Below, piece after piece: positions 1-11,640 of a DNA stretch of 64,000 nucleotides. The DNA comes from Selaginella moellendorffii. Lineage: Eukaryota; Plantae; Lycopodiophyta. The notes under the pieces are model-generated. The model was not told the origin of the DNA. It did no database searches and saw only the letters and a list, made by a program, of their open reading frames with translations. The stretch spans positions 2,645,839 to 2,709,838 of the forward strand of contig NW_003314267.1 in NCBI RefSeq assembly GCF_000143415.4. The letters run 5' to 3'. Each line of letters starts with the position of its first letter. Within the stretch, counting starts at the first letter, position 1. Made by a program: the position numbers and the translations under genes.

Positions 1-1767
1 ACTTACCCGCTGACACTGGTCTCATCGACGGCAAAGGTTTTCATAGCAGCTTGCATCCTGTCGAAACTGGTGCTTTTCCAAACAAAGTCCACGCTAAAAT
101 TATGAAGCACATCAGTTGGAACCCCCTGCAAGAAAGAAAAAAGTAAATGACACGTTATCTTAGCCAAAGCAACCAATACCTGGCTCGCTCGAAGCTCTAA
201 AGCAACCTCCTCTTGCGCGGTCAGTTTAATCTGAATGAAGTATCTTAGTTAGATCCTCCTATGCACGTCATATATGATATGAATACGGCGGTACTGTACC
301 ACATGCCCAACCGACTGCCAAGCAGGATGAGAACTGTCACCAGAATACCGCAGACGCAGTTCGTCGCCGGGTACAAGCCTCAGTTCATTGTCTTCCTGTA
401 ACGAAAAGACTTAAAAACCTGTGCAACCATCTGCCAGACATACCTTTGGAAACACAAAGTACGCAATGCGCTTTTTGTTCAGCCCAACGTCCCAACGAAC
501 GGTAATGTTGTCCTTACTTTGAGATTCTTTCATCATCTACGATCCAGGCACAAGTTTAGATCAAAGAAGCCAATGAAAAAATCCAACCTTATCGTAATCG
601 GCTTCAAGCTTCACTAGCGGCCCAAAAACATTTTGATACTATTAAGAAAAAACAATAAAGGTAAGTAAAAGAAACTATCTGAAGCAAGAAAATTATCACC
701 TGATAGGCATCTTCGTATTTTAGCGCGACGGGTTGTGGTTCATCATCAACTCCAGGTTTTTCAAGGTCTTCTAATGTCGCATCCGGGTTTGTCTTCCAAA
801 GCTCTTCCACCTTGTTTATTTGTTGCGCGCTGATTTGTCGTGCCCGTAGCTGTTCCTGCTCGGAAGGAACCTGTAGAAGTTCGAAGAGTAAGCGAACGAT
901 CCAGACATAAGAAACGGAAGTACCTTTACAAGCCAGTGAAGAAAACAGCGATCATCTATAAGCGGCTGCCACTGACTTAGATCAAAGTTCATGTCTTTCA
1001 AGCCGCTGACACTTAAGCAAGGCTCACGGCACAAGAGCACTACAACACTCTCGGACTTGGCAGAGATATAACCCAGCAAAAACACATTGCGGCAGCCACA
1101 GTTGTAGCATTCGAGAATAGTTTCTCCGAGCGGGCTATCTTTGTGAAGGCAAACCTCCTTGTGCTTAGCTCGAACCTGCGAAAGAAAGAACCACGTATTA
1201 GCTTCGAAGAAACCAAAGCAAATAAAGAGAGAAACGTACGAGGTGATTCACAATGTGTGAGCCGGAAGTGTTGCCGCGGGAATTACAAAACCACTTGCGG
1301 CAAGTAGGAACGTTGCATCGCGCGACACAAGCCGGGTTGTGTATTCCACAGTACTTGCAAGCGTGCTCTGGAAGCGCCCTCTTGGAATAATCCTGGCTAT
1401 CATCTTCCCCAGTGTCTTCAAAGTTAAGATCACTGATACTTGCCGATAGCGCATTCAAAGCTGCCTGATTGCTCTTGGCCTCTGTCGCAGGATCACTGGC
1501 CCCAGTGCTCGCTGCTGCCGCCGCCGCCGCCGCTGCTCCAGTCGCGGCCGCGGCATCGTCGCCAGCATCCGGCGGCGTGACACTGACGCTGAAGGACGCC
1601 GCCTCTGGCCACACCGACGCCGGACGAACGGGCTGGCTCAGCTCGGTAAACTCTGGATAGTCGAATTCGTCCCCCTGCGTATTGAATTCGAGGAATGTGT
1701 AGGCATCGCTGTGCGATTGCGTCGCAGCGTCGAAGATGCTGTGCGATGGCGCCGATGGAGCCGACAT
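1..1767 (-). CDS. UPF1: Regulator of nonsense transcripts 1 (UPF1 helicase), multi-exon 5' part; runs off the left edge
   Basis: Exon peptides [53 protein letters not shown] (CH zinc domain), [12 protein letters not shown] and [27 protein letters not shown] are UPF1 hallmarks; ATG at 1767; GT-AG introns. Confidence 0.97.
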
Positions 1768-1938
1768 CCTGGAGGAAATCACTGACCTCGCGCCTCGCAG
1801 ACGCACCTCCTCCTCCAGCAAAATAGTTCTGCTGGTGTTGTAACCTAAAATCCCAGGGCTAATCCTTACCGTCGGCTATCGCGCTTACGTGGCACCATTT
1901 TACATTTAGGGCAAGGAAAGCTCTCTAGAAGCTTGGCG

Positions 1939-2751
1939 ATGGGCGCGAGTCACAGCAACCTCGTCCATGCCGCGAGCGAGGAGGCGGGGGTGAAAGCGGC
2001 GGAGCTTCCAGTGGTAGAGACTGCTGCGCCGACCAGACAGGAAGCGGTAAGAAATCTTTCTCCAGCTTTGAGAAATTTCGAGATTCTTGCTCTTCCCTAG
2101 GAATTGCCAGTTCCGACCGAGGAGTCCTCTGACTCTCCTTCTGACTCCACTGCTCATGCATCCAATCCGGATTCTTCTTCTTCCGAGCTCCAAGAAGAAG
2201 AAAAGGAGCATGCATCGCAAGAAGGAGCTGCTGCTGGCGAAGACGCTGGAGACAATGGAGAGAATTTAGTCCAGGAAGAGCCGGAGGAGGAGAAAGAAGA
2301 AGAAGAAGAAGAGCAACCAAAGCCCAAACTCACGGTAAGATCACAAAACTTCTAGTTTTTTCTTCTTTCCTTTCCTTTTTGTTCAATGCTTGGTTCTTTC
2401 GTTCCAGGTCGAGGACGTCTTGAATACAAAGACTGCTCCATTTGATATCCGGTTTCCATCGACCAACCAAACCAAGCACTGCTACACTCGCTACATTGAA
2501 TATCACAAGTAAGTTTCTTTCGCTTCTTCAGTCTTTACAGTTTTTGCAAATAGGTGCCGCAAAGAAAGAGGACCTGACGCTCCGGAGTGTGACAAATATG
2601 CCAGATACTATCGCTCTCTGTGCCCCTCCGAATGGGTAAGTCCTTTTAAATCTGTTCGTGATAGATACAGATGCGTAACTGGTGCTACTATCTACAGATT
2701 GAGAGATGGAACGAGCAGAGGGAGATGGGTGTCTTTCCCGGACCTTATTAG
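1939..2751 (+). CDS. COX6B: Cytochrome c oxidase subunit 6b with long acidic N-terminal extension (5 exons)
   Basis: Spliced: MGASHS..., acidic exon, KTAPFDIRFPSTNQTKHCYTRYIEYH, CRKERGPDAPECDKYARYYRSLCPSEW, IERWNEQREMGVFPGPY*; CX9C-CX10C pattern of COX6B. Confidence 0.92.
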
Positions 2752-2894
2752 GCAGGCTGCCGAGTTCAAATAAAATTTAGCTGGCGAGTACCAAGCACGA
2801 TAAGTAAGTAGACAACTCACATTTTCGAACAAAAACAGGCAGGTGTATCCCGAAAGAATGCGCTGTGAGTGTTCTCCATTCTTTGGTACTCATG

Positions 2895-5027
2895 TCAACC
2901 ACTTTCTTCTTCAATCTCAAGCCAGATCTCAAACGAACTCGGGATCACTGGGTCTGGGAAGTCAGTAGCACTTCCTTCGAGCATTTGCACCACGGTTTTC
3001 ATGCTGGGCCGGTTGATCTCGTCGTCCTGCACGCACCAGAGAGCAGTCTTGGCAGCCCGGCGTAGCTCGTCTTCATCCCACTCTTCAAGACGATCATCTG
3101 GCAACTTCGCGAACTCACCGTTGCGAACTTGCTGAGCAGCCCAGAATGGATAGAAAGGTTGTTTGCTCTGGACGTTCACGTTCCTGCGACCACTGATGAT
3201 CTCCAGCAGCGTCATCCCGTAGCTGTAGACGTCGGCTTTGGGGGTGATGGGCATGTTTGACAGCCACTCTGGTGCAAGGTAGCCGCGGGTTCCTCTCATG
3301 CTCGTCACAACTCGGCTGAACTCTCGTCCCATAAGCTTGGCCAGGCCAAAGTCGCCGACTTTCGGTTTCATCTCAGCGTCCAGGAGAATGTTCTCCGGCT
3401 TGATATCGCAGTGGATGATCCGGTCTCGACACTCCTCGTGAAGATATGCAAGTCCTTTGGCAGTCCCGAGAGCAATTCCGAACCTTTGGGTCCAGCTGAG
3501 CACGATAGAATTTTCAGCATCTCGGTTGAAGAGGCTCCTGTCCAGTGATCCTCTCTCGACGAACTCATACACCAGGAGCCTCTGCAGCGCCCCATCCGCA
3601 CAGAATCCTCGAAGACGGACGAGGTTCATGTGCTGGATGGTGCCGATGGTGCTCACCTCCGCTCGAAACTGCTTGTCATCGAACCTCATCAGCCTCTTGA
3701 CAGCCACGGCCTCGCCTTGGATGCTGCCTTTGAAGACTTCTCCAAAGCCTCCGCTGCCGAGCTGCTTCCTGAAGCCATCGGTGGCCGCATGGAGCTGCTT
3801 GAACGTGAAATGAGCGAGCTCGCCACTAACAAAGTTATAGCCGGAACCATCACTGCTGCCACGTCCGGAGCTCACTCTCTTTGCCTTGCGTCTTCTCCTG
3901 ACGATCACAAACGCCGCTACTCCAGCCAGCAGCAGCAGCAAGACGCCAGCTCCGGCTCCGACTCCGACGGCAACTCCCGAGATCTTGGAAGAACTTCTCC
4001 GTGCTTGGCTCGAGAGAGCGGTGCAGCCTTCGGCCCAGTCCTCGGTTCTCCAGTTGGTGCCGTTGCTCGGGCTCGATCCGGTGGGACAACTACAGGGTGG
4101 ATTCGAGTTGCTCGAGCAAACCGAGTTTGATCCGCAGAGAGAAGTCACGCCGCAGATGTTAGCCGGGACGACCCAGGGGGTGTACCAGTTTCCGTTTCCA
4201 TCCAGCTGCTTCACCTCGATCCTTCCATCGTGCCCGAGGCGAAAGATGGAGTGCTGGAAGCTCTTCTCGAACCAAGTGAAGTATGGAGGATTGGTGGCGT
4301 TGAAGATGAACGTGTAGAGATAGTTGTCGGTCATCTGCGGTACCAGCGAGAAGATCCTGCCGTTCCAGGCACCGGACGTCCAGTACTCCCGCGACGTATC
4401 ATTCGTGGTGGAGATGACGAACTCGGTAGAGGTTCTCATGGTCATGACGAATCGCCCACTAGCCGGAGAGACGCTCGACTTCCAGGCCGTGAGGTTGTCT
4501 CCCAGGAACATCTTCATCCTTGGGACCCAGGCATCCGCCGGGTGATCGAAGCTCTGCCAGGGATACGTCGCGTTATCGTCACTCGGATCGAAGGAGTCGT
4601 CAGTGAGGACGAAGTTGCCCGAATCCAGGAGTACCGCTTGGGTGGTTCCCGAGTTCCTGGAGCTGGGAGCGCCAGACCATATGATACTCCCCCTATCGAT
4701 GATCTGGAGCTCGCCTTCGCTCGTGAGGAGGAGCGAGGCGTTGGAACTCACCGGGTCATCGCGATTTGCGATCCAGATGGGGATGAATTCGCTGGTTCTT
4801 GTGTTGAAGGAGATGCCCAAGTAGAGATCACTGCTGCTGCCACTGGTAAGCGAGAAAAACTCGAGCTTGACCGTGCCATTTGTCGAGATGAGGGATTCCG
4901 TGGCGAGCAGGCGCGATCCCAGCGGCATTCGATCAACGGCGAGGGCGATCGAGAGGAGAGCGAGGAAGAGGAATTGGAGCAGCGCCATGATCTTCGCCGA
5001 GACGGCGACAAGGACTCGTGAGGGCAT
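2895..5027 (-). CDS. G-type lectin S-domain receptor-like kinase (SD2-like), intronless, 710 aa
   Basis: Signal peptide, B-lectin (IWIANRD, LLDSGNFVL, WQSFDHPAD), S-locus and EGF Cys region, TM, non-RD kinase (HCDIKPEN, DFG, RGTRGYLAPEW). Confidence 0.95.
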   Translation of the reverse strand: MPSRVLVAVSAKIMALLQFLFLALLSIALAVDRMPLGSRLLATESLISTNGTVKLEFFSLTSGSSSDLYLGISFNTRTSEFIPIWIANRDDPVSSNASLLLTSEGELQIIDRGSIIWSGAPSSRNSGTTQAVLLDSGNFVLTDDSFDPSDDNATYPWQSFDHPADAWVPRMKMFLGDNLTAWKSSVSPASGRFVMTMRTSTEFVISTTNDTSREYWTSGAWNGRIFSLVPQMTDNYLYTFIFNATNPPYFTWFEKSFQHSIFRLGHDGRIEVKQLDGNGNWYTPWVVPANICGVTSLCGSNSVCSSNSNPPCSCPTGSSPSNGTNWRTEDWAEGCTALSSQARRSSSKISGVAVGVGAGAGVLLLLLAGVAAFVIVRRRRKAKRVSSGRGSSDGSGYNFVSGELAHFTFKQLHAATDGFRKQLGSGGFGEVFKGSIQGEAVAVKRLMRFDDKQFRAEVSTIGTIQHMNLVRLRGFCADGALQRLLVYEFVERGSLDRSLFNRDAENSIVLSWTQRFGIALGTAKGLAYLHEECRDRIIHCDIKPENILLDAEMKPKVGDFGLAKLMGREFSRVVTSMRGTRGYLAPEWLSNMPITPKADVYSYGMTLLEIISGRRNVNVQSKQPFYPFWAAQQVRNGEFAKLPDDRLEEWDEDELRRAAKTALWCVQDDEINRPSMKTVVQMLEGSATDFPDPVIPSSFEIWLEIEEESG

Positions 5028-5244
5028 AGCTATATCAGTCTTCCTCTTGTGCGTGTGGTCAATTACTCGTGCTACACTGCCGCGTTTCTAGTAGTGTCAT
5101 TATACGTGATTAAGGTTTGACTAGGTGATGGACTTCTGCTGTCTAAGTCATGGAGGAAACCATCGCGGCAACTCCAATGCTTGATCTTCTCGATGTCCTT
5201 AGGCGATGATCGATTAGAGCTGGGATCACGTCTGCTCACCAGAT

Positions 5245-5393
5245 AGATACTATCGCTCTCTGTGCCCCTCCGAATGGGTAAGTCCTTTCGTTTTTTATCT
5301 GTTCGTGATAGATACAGAAGCGTAATTGTGTGCTACTATCTACAGATTGAGAGATGGAACGAGCAGAGGGAGATGGGTGTCTTTCCCGGACCT
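5245..5393 (+). pseudogene. Duplicated COX6b last two exons (fragment, stop codon deleted)
   Basis: Near-identical to 2603-2746 including the intron; no upstream exons; the TATTAG stop region is absent. Confidence 0.85.
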
Positions 5394-5478
5394 AGACAAC
5401 TCACATTTTCGAACAAAAACAGGCCGGTGTATCCCGAAAGAATGCGCTGTGAGTGTTCTCCATTCTTTGGTGCTCATG

Positions 5479-7596
5479 TCAACCACTTTCTTCTTCAATC
5501 TCAAGCCAGATCTCGAACGAACTCGGGATCACTGGGTCTGGGAAGTCAGTAGCACTTCCTTCGAGCATTTGCACCACGGTTTTCATGCTGGGCCGGTTGA
5601 TCTCGTCGTCCTGCACGCACCAGATAGCAGTCTTAGCAGCCCGGCGTAGCTCGTCTTCATCCCACTCTTCAAGACGATCATCTGGCAACTTCGCGAACTC
5701 ACCGTTGCGAACTTGCTGAGCAGCCCAGAATGGATAGAAAGTTCGGTTGCTCTGGACGTTCATGTTCCTGCGACCACTGATGATCTCCAGCAGCGTCATC
5801 CCGTAGCTGTAGACGTCGGCTTTCGGGGTGATGGGCATGTTTGACAGCCACTCTGGTGCAAGGTAGCCGCGGGTTCCTCTCATGCTCGTCACAACTCGGC
5901 TGAACTCTCGTCCCATAAGCTTGGCCAGGCCAAAGTCGGCAACTTTCGGTTTCATCTCAGCGTCCAGGAGAATGTTCTCCGGCTTGATATCGCAGTGGAT
6001 GATCCGGTCTCGACACTCCTCGTGAAGATATGCAAGTCCTTTGGCAGTCCCGAGAGCAATTCCGAACCTTTGGCTCCAGCTGAGCACGATAGAGTTTTTA
6101 GCATCTCGGTTGAAGAGGCTCCTGTCCAGCGATCCTCTCTCGACGAACTCGTACACCAGGAGCCTCTGCAGTGCCCCATCCGCACAGAATCCTCGAAGAC
6201 GGACGAGGTTTATGTGCTGGATGGTGCCGATGGTGCTCACCTCCGCTCGAAACTGCTTGTCATCGAACCTCATCAGCCTCTTGACAGCCACGGCCTCGCC
6301 TTGGATGCTGCCTTTGAAGACTTCTCCAAAGCCTCCGCTGCCGAGCTGCTTCCTGAAGCCATCGGTCGCCGCATGGAGCTGCTTGAACGTGAAATGAGCG
6401 AGCTCGCCACTAACAAACTTATCATCACTGCTGCTCACTCTCTTTGCCTTGCGTCTTCTCCTGACGATCACAAACGCCGCTACTCCAGCCAGCAGCAGCA
6501 GCACGACGCCAGCTCCGGCTCCGACTCCGACGGCAACTCCCGAGTTCTTGGAAGAACTTCTCCGTGCTTGGCTCGAGAGAGCGGTGCAGCCTTCGGCCCA
6601 GTCCTCGGTTCTCCAGTTGGTGTCGTTGCTCGGGCTCGATCCGGTGGGACAACTACAGGGTGGATTCGAGTTGCTCGAGCAAACCGAGTTTGATCCGCAG
6701 AGAGAAGTCACGTCGCAGATGTTAGCCGGGACGGCCCAGGGGGTGAACCAGTTTCCGTTTCCGTTTCCATACATCCGCTTCACGCTGATCTTTCCATCGT
6801 GCCCGAGGCGAAAGATGGAGTGCTGGAAGCTCGTCTCGAACCAAGTGAAGTATGGAGGATCATTGGTGGCGTTGAAGGTGAAGGTGTAGAGATAGTTATT
6901 CATCTGCGGCACCAGCGAGAAGATCCTGCCGTTCCAGGCACCGGACGTCCAGTACTCCCGCGACGTATCATTCGTGGTGGAGATGACCAACTCGTTAGAG
7001 GTTCTTATGGTCATGACGAATCGCCCACTAGCCGGAGAGACGCTCGACTTCCAGGCCGTGAGGTTGGCTCCCAGGAACATCTTCATCCTTGGGACCCACG
7101 CATCCGCCGGGTGATCGAAGCTCTGCCAGGGATACGTCGCGTTATCGTCTCTAGGATCGAAGGAGTCGCCAGTGAGGACGAAGTTGCCCGAGTCCAGGAG
7201 TACCGCTTGGGTGGTTCCCGAGTTCCTGGAGCTGGGAGTGCCAGACCATATGATACTCCCCCTATCGATGATCTGGAGCTCGCCTTCGCTCGTGAGGAGG
7301 AGCGAGGCGTTGGAACTCACCGGGGCATCGCGATTTGCGATCCAGATGGGGATGAATTCGCTGGTTCTTGTGTTGAAGGAGATGCCCAAGTAGAGATCAC
7401 TGCTGCTGCCTCTGGTAAGCGAGAAAAACTCGAGCTTGACCGTGCCATTTGTCGAGATGAGGGATTCCGTGGCGAGCAGGCGCGATCCCAGCGGCATTCG
7501 ATCGTCGGCGAGCGCGGTCGAGAGGAGAGCGAGGAAGAGGAACTGGAGCAGCGCCATGATCTTCGCCGAGACGGCGACGAGGACTCGTGAGGGCAT
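5479..7596 (-). CDS. G-type lectin S-domain receptor-like kinase, tandem paralog, 705 aa
   Basis: Same domain order as, and high identity to, 2895-5027; intact ORF. Confidence 0.95.
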   Translation of the reverse strand: MPSRVLVAVSAKIMALLQFLFLALLSTALADDRMPLGSRLLATESLISTNGTVKLEFFSLTRGSSSDLYLGISFNTRTSEFIPIWIANRDAPVSSNASLLLTSEGELQIIDRGSIIWSGTPSSRNSGTTQAVLLDSGNFVLTGDSFDPRDDNATYPWQSFDHPADAWVPRMKMFLGANLTAWKSSVSPASGRFVMTIRTSNELVISTTNDTSREYWTSGAWNGRIFSLVPQMNNYLYTFTFNATNDPPYFTWFETSFQHSIFRLGHDGKISVKRMYGNGNGNWFTPWAVPANICDVTSLCGSNSVCSSNSNPPCSCPTGSSPSNDTNWRTEDWAEGCTALSSQARRSSSKNSGVAVGVGAGAGVVLLLLAGVAAFVIVRRRRKAKRVSSSDDKFVSGELAHFTFKQLHAATDGFRKQLGSGGFGEVFKGSIQGEAVAVKRLMRFDDKQFRAEVSTIGTIQHINLVRLRGFCADGALQRLLVYEFVERGSLDRSLFNRDAKNSIVLSWSQRFGIALGTAKGLAYLHEECRDRIIHCDIKPENILLDAEMKPKVADFGLAKLMGREFSRVVTSMRGTRGYLAPEWLSNMPITPKADVYSYGMTLLEIISGRRNMNVQSNRTFYPFWAAQQVRNGEFAKLPDDRLEEWDEDELRRAAKTAIWCVQDDEINRPSMKTVVQMLEGSATDFPDPVIPSSFEIWLEIEEESG

Positions 7597-7695
7597 AGTT
7601 TTCCTCTGGTCAATTACTCGTGCTACACTGCCACGTTTCTAGTGGTGTCATTATACGTGATTAAGGTTTGAGTAGTTGATGAAGGCCTCGAAGTC

Positions 7696-9290
7696 ATGCA
7701 GAAAACCAAATGGTTACCCCAATGCTTGATCTTCTCAATCCCCTTTGGCGATGATCTATTTGGCAAATGGTACAGTCCGGCTCGACTTCTTCCCAGGCGA
7801 CAATGGTCGTTTCTACTTGGGCATCTCGTTCACCAGGTTAGCCGGCGACTTCATCCCCATCTGGATTGCAAATCGCGACACTCCGGTGAGTTCCAAGGCC
7901 TCGCTCCTTCTCACTCACAAAGGCGAGCTCCACGTCGCCGGAGTTCTGGACGTCGGGTGCCTGGAACACCTAGGAGATAAACGAAAACTATACCTTCGCC
8001 TTCAACACCAGCAATGATCCTCCTTAGATCACTTGGTTCGAGAAGAGCTTCCAGCACTCCATCCTTCGTCTCGGACATGATGGAAGGATCGACTCGATGT
8101 GCTCGTATACTTCTCTGATGCCATGTAGTTGTCCCACTGGGTCGAGACCAGCCAACGAGGACTGGGCTCAAGGGTGCACCACTTATTCCAAGATCTCCAG
8201 AATTGCTGTCGGAGTTGGAGCTGGAGCCGCGTTGCTACTGTTGCTTGGACTTATAATCGGCATCATGAAAATTCTCAAGACCAAGACAGTCCCAAGCAGT
8301 GGCAAGTGTAAGAGCGACGACTTTGCTGGTGGCGAGCTCGCTCATTTCACGCCCAAGCAGCTCCATGCAGCCACGGATGGTTTCAAGCAGCGGTCTTCAA
8401 AGGGTGTTACATCCAAGGAGAGGCTGTGGCTGTCGAGAGGCTGATCAAGTTCGAACCAGAGCTGAGCACCATTGGGACCCTTCAACACGTCAACCTCGTC
8501 CGGCTTCGAGGATATTGTGGCAAAGAAAGGCTCCTGGTGTACGAGTTCGTCGAGGGAGGATCGCAGGACAGGAGCCTCTTCAACCGAGATCTAAACGGTG
8601 CTGAAAACTCGGTCGTGCTCAGCTGGAGCCAAAGGTTCGGGATTGCTCTCGGGACTGCCAAAGGACTTCCATATCTTCACGAGGAGTGTCGAGACCGGAT
8701 CATCCACTACGCCATCAAGCCCGAGAACATCCTCCTGGACGCCAAGATGAAACCCAAAGTTGCCGACTTTGGCCTGGGCAACGAGAGTTTAGCCGAGTTG
8801 TGACGAGCATGAGAGGAACCCGCTTTAAACCTATGATATTGATCGACTGCGACATCGCCATTGCTCCTGTCTATCGGCTACCCTGCACCAGAGTGGCTGT
8901 CAAACATGCCCATAACCCCGAAAGCCGACGTCTACAGCTACGGGATGACGCTGCTGGAGATCATCAGTGGTCGCAGGAACATCGACTTCCGAAACGACCA
9001 GATCGTCTTCTATCCCCTGTGGGCTTCTCAGCAAGTTTGCAACGGTGAGTTCTCGAAGTTGCCAGGTGATCGTCTCGAAGAGTGGAATGAAAAAGAGCTA
9101 CGCTATTTGGTGCATCCAAGACAGCGAGAAGAATCGAAAACCGTGGTGGAAATGCTCGAGGGAAACACCAAGGCTTATTTTCCAGAGCCGTGTGTTCCAA
9201 GTTCTCTCGACTTGTGGCTTGATATTCAAGAAGAAACAACCATGCCAGTAGACAACGAAGATCAAACACAAAATCTTTCGAGCTCAAATT
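7696..9290 (+). pseudogene. Degraded SD-RLK pseudogene, head-to-head with 5479-7596
   Basis: Fragments FYLGISF..IPIWIANRD, QHVNLVRLRGYC, IIHYAIKPEN (catalytic Asp lost) and PEWLSNMPITPKADVYSYG lie in different frames, with deletions and an insertion in the activation segment. Confidence 0.9.
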
Positions 9291-9353
9291 TTAAATTTAA
9301 ATATTCCGTTTGCTTGTTTAAATATTCCTTTGGCTGGAGCCCTAGTTTGAGCT

Positions 9354-9812
9354 ATGGCGGTGGAGCTCGGCTCAGACGTGGAGCCCGAGTCTTCCACGTT
9401 CTGCATCAATGACGAAGATCACACCTTCGGCAACTCTATTCGCTACGTTCTCAACGGCGAGTAAGCGCTCTATTCTTCTTCTTCTTTGCTCGAATCTCTG
9501 GATTCTTTCGATTTCTCCAGCCCTCGCGTCACATTTTGTGGCTACAGCGTTCCTCATCCATCCGACAACCGTGTAAACGTTCGTGTGCAAACCACAGGCA
9601 AGTAACGGAGAAGATCGATCAACTCTCTCCTTTCTCTCAATTCTTTCTCGTGTTTGTAGACGATGGATCATATGTTTATTTTTTTTACAGGTGAATCTGC
9701 AAAGTCCGTCTTTAAGGATGCTCTGCGAGACCTCGTTCTCATTTGTGATCACGTATGCAGCGCGTTTGACGACTCCGTCGCGAGTTTCAAGCGTAGCCAC
9801 CAGCAGCAGTAA
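9354..9812 (+). CDS. RPAC2: RNA polymerase I/III subunit AC19 (RPAC2, RPB11 family), 3 exons
   Basis: Spliced MAVELGSDVEPESSTFCINDEDHTFGNSIRYVLNG, PRVTFCGYSVPHPSDNRVNVRVQTTG, ESAKSVFKDALRDL; EDHT.GN and GYSVPHP motifs; the second intron needs a GC donor. Confidence 0.9.
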
Positions 9813-9868
9813 AATCGTTCCTCGATCGTCGAAGAACGTTTGCGAAGTTTAAGTTGCTGGCTCGATCG

Positions 9869-11371
9869 TCAAGCGTTTGCCGTCGTCACCACTTCTTCGC
9901 TTTTGCTATCCTCGTTCTCTGTTACGTCGCCGTCGTCTATCTCTTCGTCGTGTTGCTCCACGGGTTTTTGTTTCCTGTGCTCGCAACCTTTTGCTTCGTC
10001 ATCGATCGCCATACTTTCACTCTCGTGTTGTTCTTGGGCTGGAGTAGCTTTTGGTTCTGGCTGTGCTTCTTGTGGCACGATTGGTGATCGATAAAACGCT
10101 GCTGCTGTGGAGCTTTGCTGGAGAGCGGCGGCTGCGAACTCGCTCGCCCAAATCCCACTTACAACAACGACCTGTGCTCCTCCCGGTTCAGAGGTCTGTG
10201 ACGTGGTCACCGTGGGCCTTCTCGTATGCAACCGGTATTTCTAGACGTTCCCAAAAGTCAGTGCCAGTTCAGAGATGGAAAAAGTTTTGCCTACCTGAAG
10301 ATGGCTCTTGACTTCGTCGTTCGTGAGTCCATCTACTTTCATGATCTCTCTTATCTGCTTAGGCGTAGCGACTGTCACCAACAAACCGAGCTTGTCATCA
10401 GAGATTGAGCAAGAAGGAAAAACGTTTTACCGTGAGAACCTCCAAGTTGCTGCAGTGCGTTTAAGAATCGCCTGTGGAGCTCCGGGGACCAACACCGCCG
10501 AGCTTTACGTTGGCTGTTTGATTCAAACTGGGAGGATGTGGTGCTGCGAGCTGCCGGGGTCGTCGCTTCTACAGTCCGCTTCTCCACAGTGGGACGAGTT
10601 TCTTCGACTACGCCACTCCGTGGACTACTTTCCGAGGACGAGAGCGTCAATCCAGCATCGCTAGTGCTTCTCAAGCCCGGTTTCTCCTCAGTGCTTGGAG
10701 CTGCTCTCACGAAAGGTGAGAACGCACCGCCAGAGTTTGCAAAGATTCCCGGGACTGCGTGCTTGGCTTGAGGACGTGTTGGGGATTCTTTCTGAAAAAA
10801 ACGACAAGATCATCAAAAGAACTTCTATAAACAATAGATTTCTACCTGTGTTTTGATTTGTTTCGCCTCACTCCACAGCTGAACCTGGGCCATCCAGCTT
10901 GGTTTGTCTAGGTCCGGATCACAAGCTTTCTCGTCTCGTTTAGATTCCTCCAAAGTTTTTGGTGGAATAAATTCCTCGAGCACGGAATCAGACTTCGCTG
11001 TGACACTGTCGTGTCCGATCGCTTCGTCTCTGTAAGAGCAGCTTAGTTTTAGCAGCGAAGAAGCAGTGGATGCATCGTTGTGCTGCTGCTCGGCCAAGTG
11101 GAGTTTCAAGGCTTCTATGGCTGGAAAACAAGAACAAGCCAAGATATTGTCACACACGGCTCTAAAATCTTGCTGGAGAAGAAATCCACTTACCCTCCGT
11201 GATGATGTCCATGCACAGCGGGAGCTCTCGCTTAAAAGCCTCGATCTTTCGGCGCTCCCCTTCCAAGGCCGTCACGCAGCCTTCGAGATTATCTCCGCCG
11301 AAAGAGAATGCCTTGGCCGATCCGCACGGATTCAGCTGCAGCTTCCATCCTAATGCTAGCGCGGAGCTCAT
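9869..11371 (-). CDS. GARP/G2-like MYB transcription factor, HRS1/HHO/NIGT1 family
   Basis: N-terminal coiled coil [26 protein letters not shown] and [11 protein letters not shown] motifs; GARP domain [59 protein letters not shown]. Confidence 0.92.
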
Positions 11372-11640
11372 CCTTGCAATCTATCCTGCGATCAAGCATT
11401 CGGCATTAGGCGCTCCCGATTAAATCGCAACGAGAGATTGTGCGCACAAACCTGGCCCCGCGATCGATCAAAGTTCGTAGAACAAGAATCGCCGCTCGAG
11501 CGATCGCCCTGACCTAGATGCCGAGAGAATGCTGTTAGCTCGCTACCATTTCCCAAATTCCCACGTTTTCTTCTCCCTCTTTTCGAGCAGCTTTTCTGCC
11601 GGTTGACGCGTACGTCCGCCTATTTGACGGGTACGATCAA

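Larger units (their letters stand above)
2603..7755. repeat. Direct tandem duplication, two ~2.6 kb units (~2603-5244 and ~5245-7755)
   Basis: Both units start with AGATACTATCGCTCTCTGTGCCCCTCCGAATGGGTAAG (COX6b 3' exons), carry a near-identical SD-RLK and end in the 5' end of the divergent + strand SD-RLK. Confidence 0.85.

Noticed and set aside
3368-7642. Long antisense and alternate-frame ORFs over the SD-RLKs (for example 4230-5021, 5995-6693, 6799-7590)
   Set aside because: Shadows of GC-rich coding sequence; they recur only because the host gene is duplicated
8824-8875. ~50-bp insert in the pseudogene activation segment as an intron
   Set aside because: No GT..AG ends; looks like filler DNA in a dead gene
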